In this document: positions 20,075 to 30,183 of the stretch, piece by piece
How positions within the stretch are numbered: position 1 is the first letter of the stretch
How the letters are laid out: every line of letters begins with the position of its first letter
From: Patescibacteria group bacterium
Lineage (GTDB): Bacteria > Patescibacteriota > Minisyncoccia > Phycocordibacterales > CSBR16-119
Direction: 5' to 3'
Assembly (NCBI GenBank): GCA_052033715.1
Contig: JBPOJJ010000002.1
Span: forward strand, 94,408-158,407
DNA: 64,000 bases
The notes under the pieces: model-generated
The model's database searches: none
What the model was told of the DNA's origin: nothing
Seen by the model: only the letters and a program-made list of their open reading frames with translations
Position numbers and translations under genes: made by a program

Positions 20075-20121
20075 ACCCCCACACCAATTTTCATAGAATT
20101 TTAGAAAATTGGTGTGGGGGT
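20075..20121. repeat. Inverted repeat with CCCCACACCAA termini (MITE-like)
   Basis: acccccacaccaattttc ... gaaaattggtgtgggggt; same termini as 54085-54219. Confidence 0.7.
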
Positions 20122-20125
20122 AAAG

Positions 20126-21829
20126 CTATTTGGGGACAAAGACCCGAGCCAGCCTAATATCCTCAAAAGACATGTCGTTTCCCGCCCTTTTCAACTGACT
20201 CTTTATATAAGCGAGTTTTCCCTCACTTTTGGGTACATATTTAGCTACTAGTTCGATATTAGCCTCGGCCGGTCGCAAGTATTCCAGATCAATTTCGGGA
20301 AAGTCAGTCGCGATTTGCTCTATGTGATTGATTATGGTGCTCAAGACCAAACCTCGTTCGTCCATAATTTCTTCGATCGACTTTTTCTCCTCGATTAATT
20401 TCCGCGTAATCTCAAGAGTTGAAACTTTTTTCTTCGGTCCGCCGAAGCCTTTGGCGGAGGCGACTATCGTTCCCCCGTTTCGTTCAATAAAAGCATTAAC
20501 GAGTTTCTTGTGTTCGGCGTCCGAGAGCTTACCAAACATTTCGGCGTTCTCATCTGATTCAATTTGCAAACTTTCGTCAAAGGCGAGAATCCGTGGATCC
20601 ATCGACAAAGATTCAGCATTAAATCCAACAAGTCTCAAGCCCTCGAGTTTGCGCACACGCGACAGCGCCACATAGCCCATGCCGTATGTAAAAGTTTTCG
20701 ACAAATCAATTTCGGCGTAATCGAGACTCATGCCCTGACTTTTGTGTATGGTTATGGCCCAAGCGAGTCGTAGCGGATACTGGATAATTTCTGCTTTTAT
20801 TTTTCCTTCTTCGTCAATCTTCCAAGATTCCTGACCGACTTCAATGCGTCGTCCGTCGAGAGTCTCGACAATCGGGTCACCGCTCACTGCAAAATCAACC
20901 ACGGTTCCCTGTGTGCCATTTACGTATCCTTTCTCAGTATTATTTTTCACAAACATTACTTTGGCGCCGACTTTCAGCCGGAGTTCAAAACTCGCCAAAC
21001 ACGATTTTTTTAAAATCTCGATCAGGTTCGTTCGGCCTTTTGAGTACATGTCGAACTTTTTCTCGGTGCTGGAAATTTTCTGAAGTTCAACTAAATTTAT
21101 CGTGTCGACGTCGGCATTGTGCGTGTAAAGTCTAGTCGGCATGACGTGTGTTGGCAGTTCGGCGTGTAGACGCTCTTCGATTATTCCAAAGTTTTCTTCG
21201 TAGACATTGCCCTCACGGATATTATTTAAAATCTTTGTGTACACGTCGTCTTCTTGGCGATGCTGTTCAGTCAAATAGCACACGGCCGGCTTCATGCGGG
21301 CCCAAGCGTCAGAATAAAAAACGAAATCTTTTTTTACTTCATCGGCATCTTGATTATCGTTATCCTCCTGATTCCAGCTTTTGGAAATTGGCGGGAGCTG
21401 GAAAAAGTCGCCCGAGAGAATTACCTGCATTCCACCGAAGGCCAACTCATTTCTTTTAAATGCTCTCGCCACGCGCTCGACCATATCGAGCGTTCGCGCA
21501 TGAAGCATCGAAACTTCATCGATGATTAGAACCTGCGTATCGGCAAAGCGTTTCGCAAGATATGGCTTCTGTGTCAGCGCATCGAGATCGTAGTCGGAAA
21601 GTGTGTCACGAATTCCGACACCCGAGAATCCATGGATCGTCATGCCGCCCATATGCGTGGCCGCAATTCCAGTCGAAGCTGTAACCGCAACAGATATGTT
21701 GTGATCACGAAGCCACTTGATGTATTGATTTAGGAGATATGTCTTGCCCGAACCAGCCGAACCTGATAAATATACGTTTACGCCTGTTTGCATAATTTTG
21801 AGAGCTTCCGCTTGAGTCATATCATTCAT
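20126..21829 (-). CDS. Pif1-family SF1B helicase with C-terminal HTH
   Basis: GSAGSGKT, ASTGIAA, IIDEVSML, GDFFQLPP, PLRLAWAITIHKSQG, YVALSRV. Confidence 0.93.
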   Translation of the reverse strand: MNDMTQAEALKIMQTGVNVYLSGSAGSGKTYLLNQYIKWLRDHNISVAVTASTGIAATHMGGMTIHGFSGVGIRDTLSDYDLDALTQKPYLAKRFADTQVLIIDEVSMLHARTLDMVERVARAFKRNELAFGGMQVILSGDFFQLPPISKSWNQEDNDNQDADEVKKDFVFYSDAWARMKPAVCYLTEQHRQEDDVYTKILNNIREGNVYEENFGIIEERLHAELPTHVMPTRLYTHNADVDTINLVELQKISSTEKKFDMYSKGRTNLIEILKKSCLASFELRLKVGAKVMFVKNNTEKGYVNGTQGTVVDFAVSGDPIVETLDGRRIEVGQESWKIDEEGKIKAEIIQYPLRLAWAITIHKSQGMSLDYAEIDLSKTFTYGMGYVALSRVRKLEGLRLVGFNAESLSMDPRILAFDESLQIESDENAEMFGKLSDAEHKKLVNAFIERNGGTIVASAKGFGGPKKKVSTLEITRKLIEEKKSIEEIMDERGLVLSTIINHIEQIATDFPEIDLEYLRPAEANIELVAKYVPKSEGKLAYIKSQLKRAGNDMSFEDIRLARVFVPK

Positions 21830-21872
21830 TGTAACAAAAGAAGCTCTCGCGAGCTTCTTTTGTTTTTTTATT

Positions 21873-22256
21873 TTATTTAAACCAACTTGTGAGCCAACCT
21901 TTCATCATCTGTATCTCATCTGTCTGGGCCTTTATGATATTGTTCGCAAGATTAATTAATTCCGGCCTTTTGGATTTTTCAAGCACGGCTTCGGCCATGA
22001 CGACTGCACCCTCATGATGAACAATCATTTCAGACAGGAACGCTTGATCAAACTCATCGCCCTTTTTACCTTCGAGCTCTGACATCATGTCAGTCATCAT
22101 GGCATCCATGCTCATTGATTCATCATGCATCATCGTGCCGTCTGGCATCATGTGCATACTTCTCTCTCCACCTCGTGTACCCCAAACCAAGTATCCAACC
22201 AAAACCCCAAGCACCAACGCAACGACGATATAAATTGTGTTATTTTTATTTTCCAT
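21873..22256 (-). CDS. DUF305 ferritin-like protein
   Basis: FDQAFLSEMIVHHEGAVVMA...IIKAQTDEIQMM; Met-rich linker. Confidence 0.9.
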   Translation of the reverse strand: MENKNNTIYIVVALVLGVLVGYLVWGTRGGERSMHMMPDGTMMHDESMSMDAMMTDMMSELEGKKGDEFDQAFLSEMIVHHEGAVVMAEAVLEKSKRPELINLANNIIKAQTDEIQMMKGWLTSWFK

Positions 22257-22273
22257 AAATTCTTATTAAATTA

Positions 22274-22921
22274 TTAACTTATAAACAACATTATAATCCC
22301 AAGCACCATCATCCCAAAGTCCTCGATCAGGGTAACTTTCGTAAGCGGAACCTTGAGGAACGTCCCCAAACATGCGCACATAAACGGCTCTTTCTTGGTA
22401 ATCTTTATCGCAACACCGAGTCCGCTAAAACCCATGACTATTACTTCAGCCCACAATAACCCTGTAGACATTGCGCCGACAAGCATAGACAAGCCGAAGA
22501 AAAGTTCAATAAACGGGTAGATGTATCCGTAGCCTTTCCACTTCGATGCGAGCAAGTCGTATGTCGAATACCCTTCGGCAAATCCTGGCAGGTCCATAAG
22601 TTTAAACATCGCGAACACCAGAAAGAATCCGACCATGAAATATGAGATAGATGACTGCGCCATGACAACTCCAATGTTTGTATCACGAACAGTCAGAACA
22701 ATCGTCGCCATCAATATCACGCCGACAACAGAGATGAGCGGTAGATAACTTTTCCAAGTTATCGGGCCGAGACCTTGATCTTCGATCGGCGCGACGTTAA
22801 TTCGCGTCGAACCTTCTGGCGCATGATGGTCGCAATAGTAATGAACTAGGCCGGATGCATCACGCTTGGTGTGTGTTCCCTCCATACTGCAGAGTTCACA
22901 TTTTCTTTTTAGCATTTCCAT
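22274..22921 (-). CDS. MauE/DoxX-like membrane protein with N-terminal Cys/His motif
   Basis: CELC..YYCDHH; GFAEGYSTYDLLA, YPFIEL, CACLG. Confidence 0.75.
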   Translation of the reverse strand: MEMLKRKCELCSMEGTHTKRDASGLVHYYCDHHAPEGSTRINVAPIEDQGLGPITWKSYLPLISVVGVILMATIVLTVRDTNIGVVMAQSSISYFMVGFFLVFAMFKLMDLPGFAEGYSTYDLLASKWKGYGYIYPFIELFFGLSMLVGAMSTGLLWAEVIVMGFSGLGVAIKITKKEPFMCACLGTFLKVPLTKVTLIEDFGMMVLGIIMLFIS

Positions 22922-23047
22922 ATCTGAAGTATATCGTGTTTAACCTTTTCGGGGAAAGGGTGTGAAACGGATAGTCTGTACCTGGATACCCTTACAAAAC
23001 AAGGCTAAAACACAAAACCCTCGACCAAAGGTTCGAGGGCTTTGTTT

Positions 23048-23123
23048 TGGGGTGGCTATCGGGAATCGAACCCGAATTGAGAGCTCCACAAGCTCCAGTG
23101 TTAACCGTTACACCATAGCCACC
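23048..23123 (-). tRNA. tRNA-His(GUG) with encoded G-1 and CCA
   Basis: GGTGGCTA/TAGCCAC-C-CCA acceptor; anticodon loop TT-GTG-GA; GGTTCGATTCC. Confidence 0.92.
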
Positions 23124-23178
23124 ATGTTCATCGGTCGAAGCCGACGTCTGCTACCTTATCAATTTCTCCTCCGAAAGT

Positions 23179-24228
23179 CTATACGTTGGTCGTCGGACCA
23201 TTCCCGTCCGTTGGATGCTCTTTCTTATAGTTTCGCACCATTTTGCGATCAAGCAACTGACTCGCGACAACAGCGAAACACAACACAAGGCCGTAGAGTA
23301 TCACAGCAGTTTTGAAAGGAATTGGGATGGATTTGAGAGAGCCTAAAATGAAAATGATGTACCAGGAAGAGATTGAGATGCCGCCGAGCGCGAACGACAG
23401 TCGGCGCATAAAACGTACTCCGTTTTTGTCTGAATCTGCAGAATCCGAGAAATCCATCTGGAGCATTTTTGGTGAAACAACCAAGTTCAAGAACACACCA
23501 TTTATCGTCACCACCGCCACCGCGACAACTTTGGTTAGGAATTTGGGCGAGTCGAGAAGTCTTTCGGACGCTGGCAAGTATAGACCAATTCCGGTTAGGA
23601 TAATGACCCCGAGCGCGAACCAAATTATATTGGACAAAGTATCCATCATGTCCTTTTCGCCCTCTGAAATCTTGTAGTCTCTTAAAAACCTGAAGAAGAA
23701 AATGTCCGTTATCGTCGCTGTTCCAACCCCGACTGCCGCAGCCAATGCGTGCGCAACGATGATAAATGTCCTATATTCGGTCAAGAATCCAACGAGGTCG
23801 ATCTGACTACCAAAGACAGCCGTGATGAAAATAAACGTTGAAAATCCAGCCGAAAACAGACACCAGGTACACCATTTCTTAAGGACAAAAGCTTGGATGA
23901 AAATTAGATAAAGAGAAAAGACAAATGCGCCAATCGTCATGCCCATCATGATGAAAAGGACAGTGTCCGATAGAAGCCACGGGATTAGGACATTAAGGAC
24001 ATAAATCAAAACGACAAGTCCATAATAAAGGATCCCCATTGCCTCAACAGGGACGCCGAGGAATTTGGAATATTTACTGGTCGTCACAACTTCACATTCA
24101 CCGTTTAAAGGACAGACCATTGGTTGGGCGGTTTTCTTTTTCCAGAAGACGTATCCGGCGACGCTTAGTCCGGCTAAACCAAAAACAATTGGTCCAAAAC
24201 TAAAAAAAACTTGTTCAAAAATTGTCAT
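23179..24228 (-). CDS. VKOR-family protein fused to an extra multi-TM domain
   Basis: CPLNGECEVVTTSKYSKFLGVP...WCTWCLFS. Confidence 0.88.
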   Translation of the reverse strand: MTIFEQVFFSFGPIVFGLAGLSVAGYVFWKKKTAQPMVCPLNGECEVVTTSKYSKFLGVPVEAMGILYYGLVVLIYVLNVLIPWLLSDTVLFIMMGMTIGAFVFSLYLIFIQAFVLKKWCTWCLFSAGFSTFIFITAVFGSQIDLVGFLTEYRTFIIVAHALAAAVGVGTATITDIFFFRFLRDYKISEGEKDMMDTLSNIIWFALGVIILTGIGLYLPASERLLDSPKFLTKVVAVAVVTINGVFLNLVVSPKMLQMDFSDSADSDKNGVRFMRRLSFALGGISISSWYIIFILGSLKSIPIPFKTAVILYGLVLCFAVVASQLLDRKMVRNYKKEHPTDGNGPTTNV

Positions 24229-24496
24229 GGAAATATTTTAACATATCCAATGGGGACTCTGTCACGCATAAATTTCCTGACGGAAATTTTGCTTAAGCCC
24301 GTTTTTTAATTTGTGGTCACAAATAAGGACTCGCTCACGAGTTACTAATTCGCTACGCTTATAAGTACTCGCGAGCCCGCCTCGCAGTCGCTGGGGCGAC
24401 ACGGCTGCGACTTTCTCGTCCTGACAGAGGCCAAGCAGTTGGCCTCTTTCCCGGGCACAAAATAAAAAGACTGGCCAAAGCCAGCTTTCTATTTTG

Positions 24497-24578
24497 TGCC
24501 CGGGACAGGACTCGAACCTGCATGCCTTTCGGCGCTACCACCTCAAGGTAGTAAGTCTACCAGTTTCTCCACCCGGGC
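24497..24578 (-). tRNA. tRNA-Leu(GAG)
   Basis: GCCCGGG acceptor; CTACC-TTGAGGT-GGTAG; long variable arm; GGTTCGAGTCC. Confidence 0.92.
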
Positions 24579-24687
24579 ATAAACGCTATTCTAATAGATT
24601 TTTTATAAATTCTCTACCCTCGCCAGATTTTAGCCACTTTTCTTTTTTTCTGGCTTCCAAACGTATGCAAAATATTCCATAGCTTTT

Positions 24688-24727
24688 GTCTACCAACCTG
24701 CCGGCAGGCAGGTTTCTCCCCCCGGGC
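24688..24727 (-). pseudogene. Relic 5' fragment of tRNA-Leu interrupted by a palindromic element
   Basis: gtctacca + [16-nt insert] + gtttctccccccgggc matches tRNA-Leu 24555-24578 with one mismatch. Confidence 0.7.
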
Positions 24728-24803
24728 TTATGGAAAGATATTATCAGTTTTTTGAAAAAGTGAAAGGTCGCACAGAGATGCGACCTTTCAAAAGAAAACG
24801 AAC

Positions 24804-25160
24804 TCAGCCGACGACGAGCCTCTTCAGGTCCAGAGCAGAATTTCCACACAAGTGTTCAGCTGCCCTGACGATCAGGTAGAAGGAAACCCTGAATTCGCCA
24901 CCCGGATTTGGGGTGCGCTCAAGGCAGAGGAAGCATGTCACTGTCTGATCGTCATCGACACCGAACCTTCGAAAGGTCTCTTCCCGCAACGTCGTCTTGC
25001 GCAGTAAAAGATGGTAGTCGACAGAACTGTTCTTCAGATCCCTGAGGAAGGACTTTCCTTCCGAACCCTCAAACAAGGGTACTCCTTGGCTTGGTGGCAT
25101 GGGTATCAATGCCCTCTCTGGCGTTTTGTTCATCGCGTGCATGGTTTGCTTGTTCGTCAT
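24804..25160 (-). CDS. Orphan hypothetical protein
   Basis: 118-aa ORF with upstream AGGAG and a downstream hairpin. Confidence 0.55.
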   Translation of the reverse strand: MTNKQTMHAMNKTPERALIPMPPSQGVPLFEGSEGKSFLRDLKNSSVDYHLLLRKTTLREETFRRFGVDDDQTVTCFLCLERTPNPGGEFRVSFYLIVRAAEHLCGNSALDLKRLVVG

Positions 25161-25223
25161 CTTTTATACTCCTTTTGAAAAATAAATCAATAAAAATTTC
25201 GAGTTTTTGAGTATAATAGCCGT

Positions 25224-25994
25224 ATGAAAATCATTTCTTGGAACGTAAACGGCATACGCGCGAATTTCAAAAAAGGTGCGTTCGCCGAGATTTTTAAATT
25301 AAATCCGAATATTCTGTGCCTCCAAGAAACCAAGGCCGAACCATCACAGCTCACAGAAGAAATCTTGAAGCCCAAAGGTTACACGTCATATTTCTCAAGT
25401 TCGAAAATCAAAAAAGGCTACAGCGGTGTGGCAATTTATACGAAAGAAATTCCAGAAAAAGTTACGTATGGAATTGATATGCCCGGTGACGATGATGAGG
25501 GCCGTACCGTCACGGCGCATTACACCGACTTTATTCTCATAAACTGCTACTTCCCCAACGGCGGCGGCGCACCGGAACGTCTGGAATACAAACTAGAATT
25601 CTACGACGCATTTTTGAAATACGTAAATAAATTAAGGAAGGCCGGGAAGCGCATAATTTTTACTGGTGATGTGAATGTTGCGCACACTGAAATAGATATT
25701 GCGAGACCAAAAGAAAATGAAACGCATGTCGGATTCCTCCCCGAAGAACGTGCTTGGGTAGACGAAGTTATCGCTGATGGTTACGTCGACGTGTTTAGGA
25801 ATGTCAATCCGATGAAGAAAGATGTTTACACATACTGGGATCAGAAGAGCGCCGCACGTGAACGCAACGTCGGTTGGCGTATCGACTACTTCTTTGCTTC
25901 ATCTTCAATAATAAAAAATATTAAATCTTTCAAAACTCATGCCGACATCTTCGGCTCGGATCATTGTCCGATCTCCATCGAACTTAATATATAA
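25224..25994 (+). CDS. xth: Exodeoxyribonuclease III / AP endonuclease
   Basis: ISWNVNGIRA, LCLQETK, GYSGVAI, GDVNVAH, GWRIDY, SDHCP. Confidence 0.96.
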   Translation: MKIISWNVNGIRANFKKGAFAEIFKLNPNILCLQETKAEPSQLTEEILKPKGYTSYFSSSKIKKGYSGVAIYTKEIPEKVTYGIDMPGDDDEGRTVTAHYTDFILINCYFPNGGGAPERLEYKLEFYDAFLKYVNKLRKAGKRIIFTGDVNVAHTEIDIARPKENETHVGFLPEERAWVDEVIADGYVDVFRNVNPMKKDVYTYWDQKSAARERNVGWRIDYFFASSSIIKNIKSFKTHADIFGSDHCPISIELNI

Positions 25995-26044
25995 AGTGCA
26001 AACAGCCCTCGTTCACGAGGGCTGTTTGCCAAGAGTGGTCTTGG

Positions 26045-26851
26045 CTACTGCACATAATACCGCACACCTACGCGCCATCCGTCAGTGACCTTGTAGCCGA
26101 TACGAGCCAATTCGTCGCGCTCTGCTTCTTCGGGCATGACGACAAGTCCTTCGAGCACAACATGCGGAACCGGCTTAAAAGAAATACCGGCGCCGTACCC
26201 AGTGAACATCTCCTGAGTCAGCACGACCTCAAGACTTCGCAAGGGCAAGACTTTTTTGGCCGGAACAAGTAGGTGCCCGAGTCGGCCAGTGGCCCTGATG
26301 AACGAATGCATGTCGTTCAGTTCGAAAGTATTCGAGATCAGGAATGTCCAATGCTTCTGAGACGTCTGCATGTACGCGCCCCACAAAGGATACGTATCGA
26401 ACATTTTACTTCGACGAGTAATGAAATTCCCGTCCGAAGCAACATGGCGATAGTATTTGCCACTAGACACTCCGAAGCTCCATCGAAGTGGACGACATGT
26501 TACTCCGAGACTGATCCGCGACGAAATGTAGTGCGACGGATAGCCGTCTAGACCCACCAAAACGTAGGGCTCGAAAAGATGATCTCTCTTGGCGGGAAAG
26601 TAGAATTGAATTTCCATTTGTCCGCCATACAAACGAGATCTCGATTCCACGTCGCCCAACCGCTTGGTCTGGTTGTCGGTCATGGATTCGGTTCGCGGAA
26701 TCATGCAATCGAATCGAAGTAACACGATAACGTCGTTAGTCGTGTCCGCGCGGTTTGGGATAAAATCCGAAACCAGGTTCATCGCTAGTTGGGCCGAGGC
26801 AGTAAGCCAAGAGATTCCAACAGCAAAAATCAAGCAACACATCGTCTTCAT
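26045..26851 (-). CDS. Secreted orphan protein, possible beta-barrel
   Basis: Signal peptide ending ASA-Q; alternating beta-strand patterns; C-terminal GWRVGVRYYVQ. Confidence 0.55.
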   Translation of the reverse strand: MKTMCCLIFAVGISWLTASAQLAMNLVSDFIPNRADTTNDVIVLLRFDCMIPRTESMTDNQTKRLGDVESRSRLYGGQMEIQFYFPAKRDHLFEPYVLVGLDGYPSHYISSRISLGVTCRPLRWSFGVSSGKYYRHVASDGNFITRRSKMFDTYPLWGAYMQTSQKHWTFLISNTFELNDMHSFIRATGRLGHLLVPAKKVLPLRSLEVVLTQEMFTGYGAGISFKPVPHVVLEGLVVMPEEAERDELARIGYKVTDGWRVGVRYYVQ

Positions 26852-26935
26852 GGCTTGGGGGTTTATGTGTGGTGGAAAGGACTGTTTCTGTCATTTACAT
26901 TTTACTATATAAAAATAAGCGCTTATAATTAGACC

Positions 26936-27373
26936 ATGCACGATCACGAGAAGAAAAAGTTAGACGAACAACATCCTCTAAACAAAAAGACGGGCAAAGA
27001 ACTCTACAACTTTGTAAAAAGTATGAAGAGTATTGGTCACGCTTGGCGCGGAATAATTGTATTCCTAAAAACGACAAACAATTTACGTTTCCATATTATG
27101 GTCGGCGTCATTGTTGTCTATTTTGGTTTTTATTTTCACATCACCACGACTGAGTGGCTTTTCCTGGTCCTCGCTATCACCATGGTCATCGCAGCCGAAT
27201 GTTTCAACACCGCTATCGAATTTGACATTGATCTGACCTCCCCCGAATATCACCCTTATGCCAAATACACCAAAGACGTCGCCGCCGGCGCTGTGCTTCT
27301 GACCTCTATCGGAGCTGTTGTTGTGGGACTCATCATTTTTATCCCCAAATTCATCCTTTTCTTCTGCTCTTGA
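26936..27373 (+). CDS. dgkA: Diacylglycerol/undecaprenol kinase family protein
   Basis: AECFNTAIE...KDVAAGAVL. Confidence 0.9.
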   Translation: MHDHEKKKLDEQHPLNKKTGKELYNFVKSMKSIGHAWRGIIVFLKTTNNLRFHIMVGVIVVYFGFYFHITTTEWLFLVLAITMVIAAECFNTAIEFDIDLTSPEYHPYAKYTKDVAAGAVLLTSIGAVVVGLIIFIPKFILFFCS

Positions 27374-27418
27374 CTTTTTTACCTGTGCATGTTATTGTTC
27401 AACTAAGCAGAACATCTC

Positions 27419-27679
27419 ATGTGGATCATCAAGGAACTGATCGATGGGTTTGCCCGACTGACACCGTCAGACGGAATTACCCTTAGCGTAGCAACGGGCT
27501 TACTGGCCACCCTACTGACCTGGGGTATCAATAAGCTCGAGAGCCTGGCAAAGGCTCGTGCATGAAGATCGTTGAACTACGTGGACACAGCGTTTGAAGA
27601 GAAGGCACCGGCACACAGTCATGGTGGAATGGGTGGCGGCATGGACAAGACGCAAGTCGCGTCCAGCGCATCTCTTTGA
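27419..27679 (+). pseudogene. Small TM protein gene with an in-frame TGA at codon 49
   Basis: MWIIKELIDG...AKARA*RSLNYVDTAFEEKAPAHSHGGMGGGMDK...; has its own promoter and terminator. Confidence 0.45.
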
Positions 27680-27722
27680 TCGAAGGGCCTCGCACGAGCG
27701 GGGTCCTTTGTCTTTTTAATAA

Positions 27723-29213
27723 TTATTTAACGTTATAATCTTTTCTGATTTTTTTGACTTCGAGGTCTTCTGCTTCGTCTTTAGCATTCTTCCCTGCTTC
27801 ACCAAGCTTGCGCAAATGTTCATCAGAAAGTTTTAGAAGTTCTGTGGCTTTATTTTCTAAATATTCTGCCGTATTTAATTTTGGATCTTCGAGAACTTCT
27901 TCGAGAAGTGCATGAAGTGTCCAACCAATATGTGGACCGGGTCTTCCCTGCCTGCCGGCAGGCAGGTCCGCCATTTCCATAATTCTATTTCCGTCAATTT
28001 TGAGCATGCCGACGTTTATCGGATCACGCATAACTTCTTCGATCATCGATTCAAATTTGCGAAGTCTGTATGGCTCTTCTTTGGGCCTGCCCATTCCGAC
28101 ACGATCACAAATTCGCAGGTCTATAAGATCCCAAACATTGTCTGCACCGACTTTGGCCACAAGTCTCCTGACCGCCGATAGAGTTATCTGATCCGTGTCA
28201 GAGAAGAACATGTGGTATCGCACAAGTCGAGTAATTTTGTCAGTCAATTCGTTGCCAAATTTCAATCGCTCGCAAATCTTCTTTGTGATTTTTGCTCCGA
28301 CAACATCGTGTCCGTAAAACGTATAATCTTCTTTTTCTTTGGACCATTCTCTGGTCGCAGGTTTCCCAATGTCATGAAAAAGCCCAGCCAGGCGAATGTG
28401 TACTGGCCATTCTTTGTCCGCGGCGTGTTGCATTGTACGGAGATTGTGTTCCCAAACATCGTAAATGTGTTCACCGTTTTGTTCGACGCCGATTCCAATC
28501 TCGAGCTCCGGTGAGATGTATTTCATGATTCCCAATTTCTGCGCCAAAGTAATTCCAATTATTGGTTCGGCCGACATTATCATTTTCAAAAACTCGTCGC
28601 GAATGCGTTCGGCTGAAATATTCGCCAGAAGTTCAACGTTTCTATTCATCGCCATCATCGTATCGTGCTCGATGACAAATCCGTGTTGGGTCGAGAAACG
28701 CACAGCACGAAGAATGCGTAAGGCGTCTTCTTGGAACCGCTCATCGGCGATACCCACAGCTTTGATCATTTTATCTTTGATGGCTTCGAGCCCGTCGTAG
28801 AGATCTACCAGTTCCCCATTCGACGGTCGGTAAGCGATGGCGTTCATGGTAAAGTCGCGACGTTTCAAATCGTCTTCTAGATTTTTGGAAAATTTTACCT
28901 CGTCTGGATGACGATTGTCTGAGTAAGTTGATTCGAGTCGATATGGCGTGACCTCAATAACTTTTAGATTTTCATTTTCGGTAATTTTGTTCTCGACACC
29001 GACGGTGCCAAATTTATTTTCATAAAAAGTGTCCGGGAAAATCTCCTGGATTTGCTCCGGCGTTGCATTGGTCGTCACATCCCAGTCTTTCGGCGTCTTC
29101 CCTGTCAACAAATCGCGAACACACCCGCCGACGATGTAGGCCTCAAAACCAGCCGACTCCAGACCATCAGTCACAATCTTAACTTCCGATGGAATATCGA
29201 AATCTTGTTTCAT
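27723..29213 (-). CDS. cca: CCA tRNA nucleotidyltransferase with HD domain
   Basis: VGGCVRDLL..PKDWDVTT, DLKRRDFTMNA, EDALRILRAVRF, FHDIGKP. Confidence 0.9.
   Translation of the reverse strand: MKQDFDIPSEVKIVTDGLESAGFEAYIVGGCVRDLLTGKTPKDWDVTTNATPEQIQEIFPDTFYENKFGTVGVENKITENENLKVIEVTPYRLESTYSDNRHPDEVKFSKNLEDDLKRRDFTMNAIAYRPSNGELVDLYDGLEAIKDKMIKAVGIADERFQEDALRILRAVRFSTQHGFVIEHDTMMAMNRNVELLANISAERIRDEFLKMIMSAEPIIGITLAQKLGIMKYISPELEIGIGVEQNGEHIYDVWEHNLRTMQHAADKEWPVHIRLAGLFHDIGKPATREWSKEKEDYTFYGHDVVGAKITKKICERLKFGNELTDKITRLVRYHMFFSDTDQITLSAVRRLVAKVGADNVWDLIDLRICDRVGMGRPKEEPYRLRKFESMIEEVMRDPINVGMLKIDGNRIMEMADLPAGRQGRPGPHIGWTLHALLEEVLEDPKLNTAEYLENKATELLKLSDEHLRKLGEAGKNAKDEAEDLEVKKIRKDYNVK
27947..27966. 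repeat. 20-bp palindrome CCTGCCTGCCGGCAGGCAGG inside cca
   Basis: Encodes part of DLPAGRQG; other copies at 30265-30284 and partial at 24697-24712. Confidence 0.85.
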
Positions 29214-29258
29214 AAGTAACATTCTAGCAAGAAACTCTTAATTTAGACTCTAAATTTG

Positions 29259-29330
29259 TGCACCCAGAGGGATTCGAACCCCCAATAACGGTTCCGAAGA
29301 CCGTCGTGATATCCATTTCACCATGGGTGC
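29259..29330 (-). tRNA. tRNA-Arg(UCG)
   Basis: GCACCCA/TGGGTGC; ACGGT-CTTCGGA-ACCGT; GGTTCGAATCC. Confidence 0.92.
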
Positions 29331-29490
29331 ATCACCTGTGCGAGTAAGGGTCGGTCACAACTCTTTTGCTCCGCAAAAGGTCGCGACCCCGCCTCGCCCG
29401 TCGCTATTGCGACATGGCTCTGGCTTTCGATTCCCCACGCGAGACACGCAGGTGTCTCGCTTTCACGCACAAAAAGCTTTTAGCTTTTTG

Positions 29491-29561
29491 TGCGAGTAAG
29501 GGGAATCGAACCCCTGCCGTCTGATTGGCAACCAGACGTTCTACCATTAAACTATACTCGC
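29491..29561 (-). tRNA. tRNA-Gly(GCC)
   Basis: GCGAGTA/TACTCGC; TCTGG-TTGCCAA-TCAGA. Confidence 0.92.
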
Positions 29562-29641
29562 AATAAACAACACAATATCAATTTTCTCCAACAAATACAA
29601 GAAAGCCCGACTCGCGGGCATCCCTGCTAGTCGGGCTCAAC

Positions 29642-29965
29642 CTATTTCCACCGGTATCCAGTTATGCGGTAAAGTCGGTATTTTAGCCTACTTGTTGATT
29701 CTAGTTTGGTCGAACCCAGAAGTTCATCAAAAACCTCGGGCTTGACCAGACAATCAACTAAACAAACTGTCTCCCCTGCGCACGTCCAGGTGCGAGAAAT
29801 CACTTCGGCAACACCTTGTCCAAGGTCACACGCGGAGATCTGGAAATAGTCCCCTTTGCTTATAACCTCGGGCCAGTTCTCTATTTCGACCTCCACATTC
29901 TCAGGCCGGTCAACTGTGCGAAAGTTTAGGATTGCTTTCATGTTCTGTGTTTTGCTAAACATTAA
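29642..29965 (-). CDS. Orphan hypothetical protein
   Basis: ORF with downstream hairpin; start uncertain (ATG 29968-29941 range). Confidence 0.5.
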   Translation of the reverse strand, partial: LMFSKTQNMKAILNFRTVDRPENVEVEIENWPEVISKGDYFQISACDLGQGVAEVISRTWTCAGETVCLVDCLVKPEVFDELLGSTKLESTSRLKYRLYRITGYRWK

Positions 29966-30183
29966 CATCCGGCGTTTTATATAGCAACTATTGTCCCTTA
30001 TCCCCCTACCCACATGTTTATCCCCTTTTGTCTTTTAAAATCTAAATACACAAGGTGTTGTAAAATAATGCTTTTTTGACACTGGTCTGTGGATAACCCT
30101 GTTTATAACGTTGATAACTAGTAGTTTTTTACCCTAAAAATGTCCTTTATGAATTAAAAACGTTGACTTATAAGGGTTTTTAC

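Noticed and set aside
27419-27679. Alternative genetic code (UGA = Gly/Trp)
   Set aside because: TGA is a normal stop for dgkA and the effector, and no core gene has an internal TGA.
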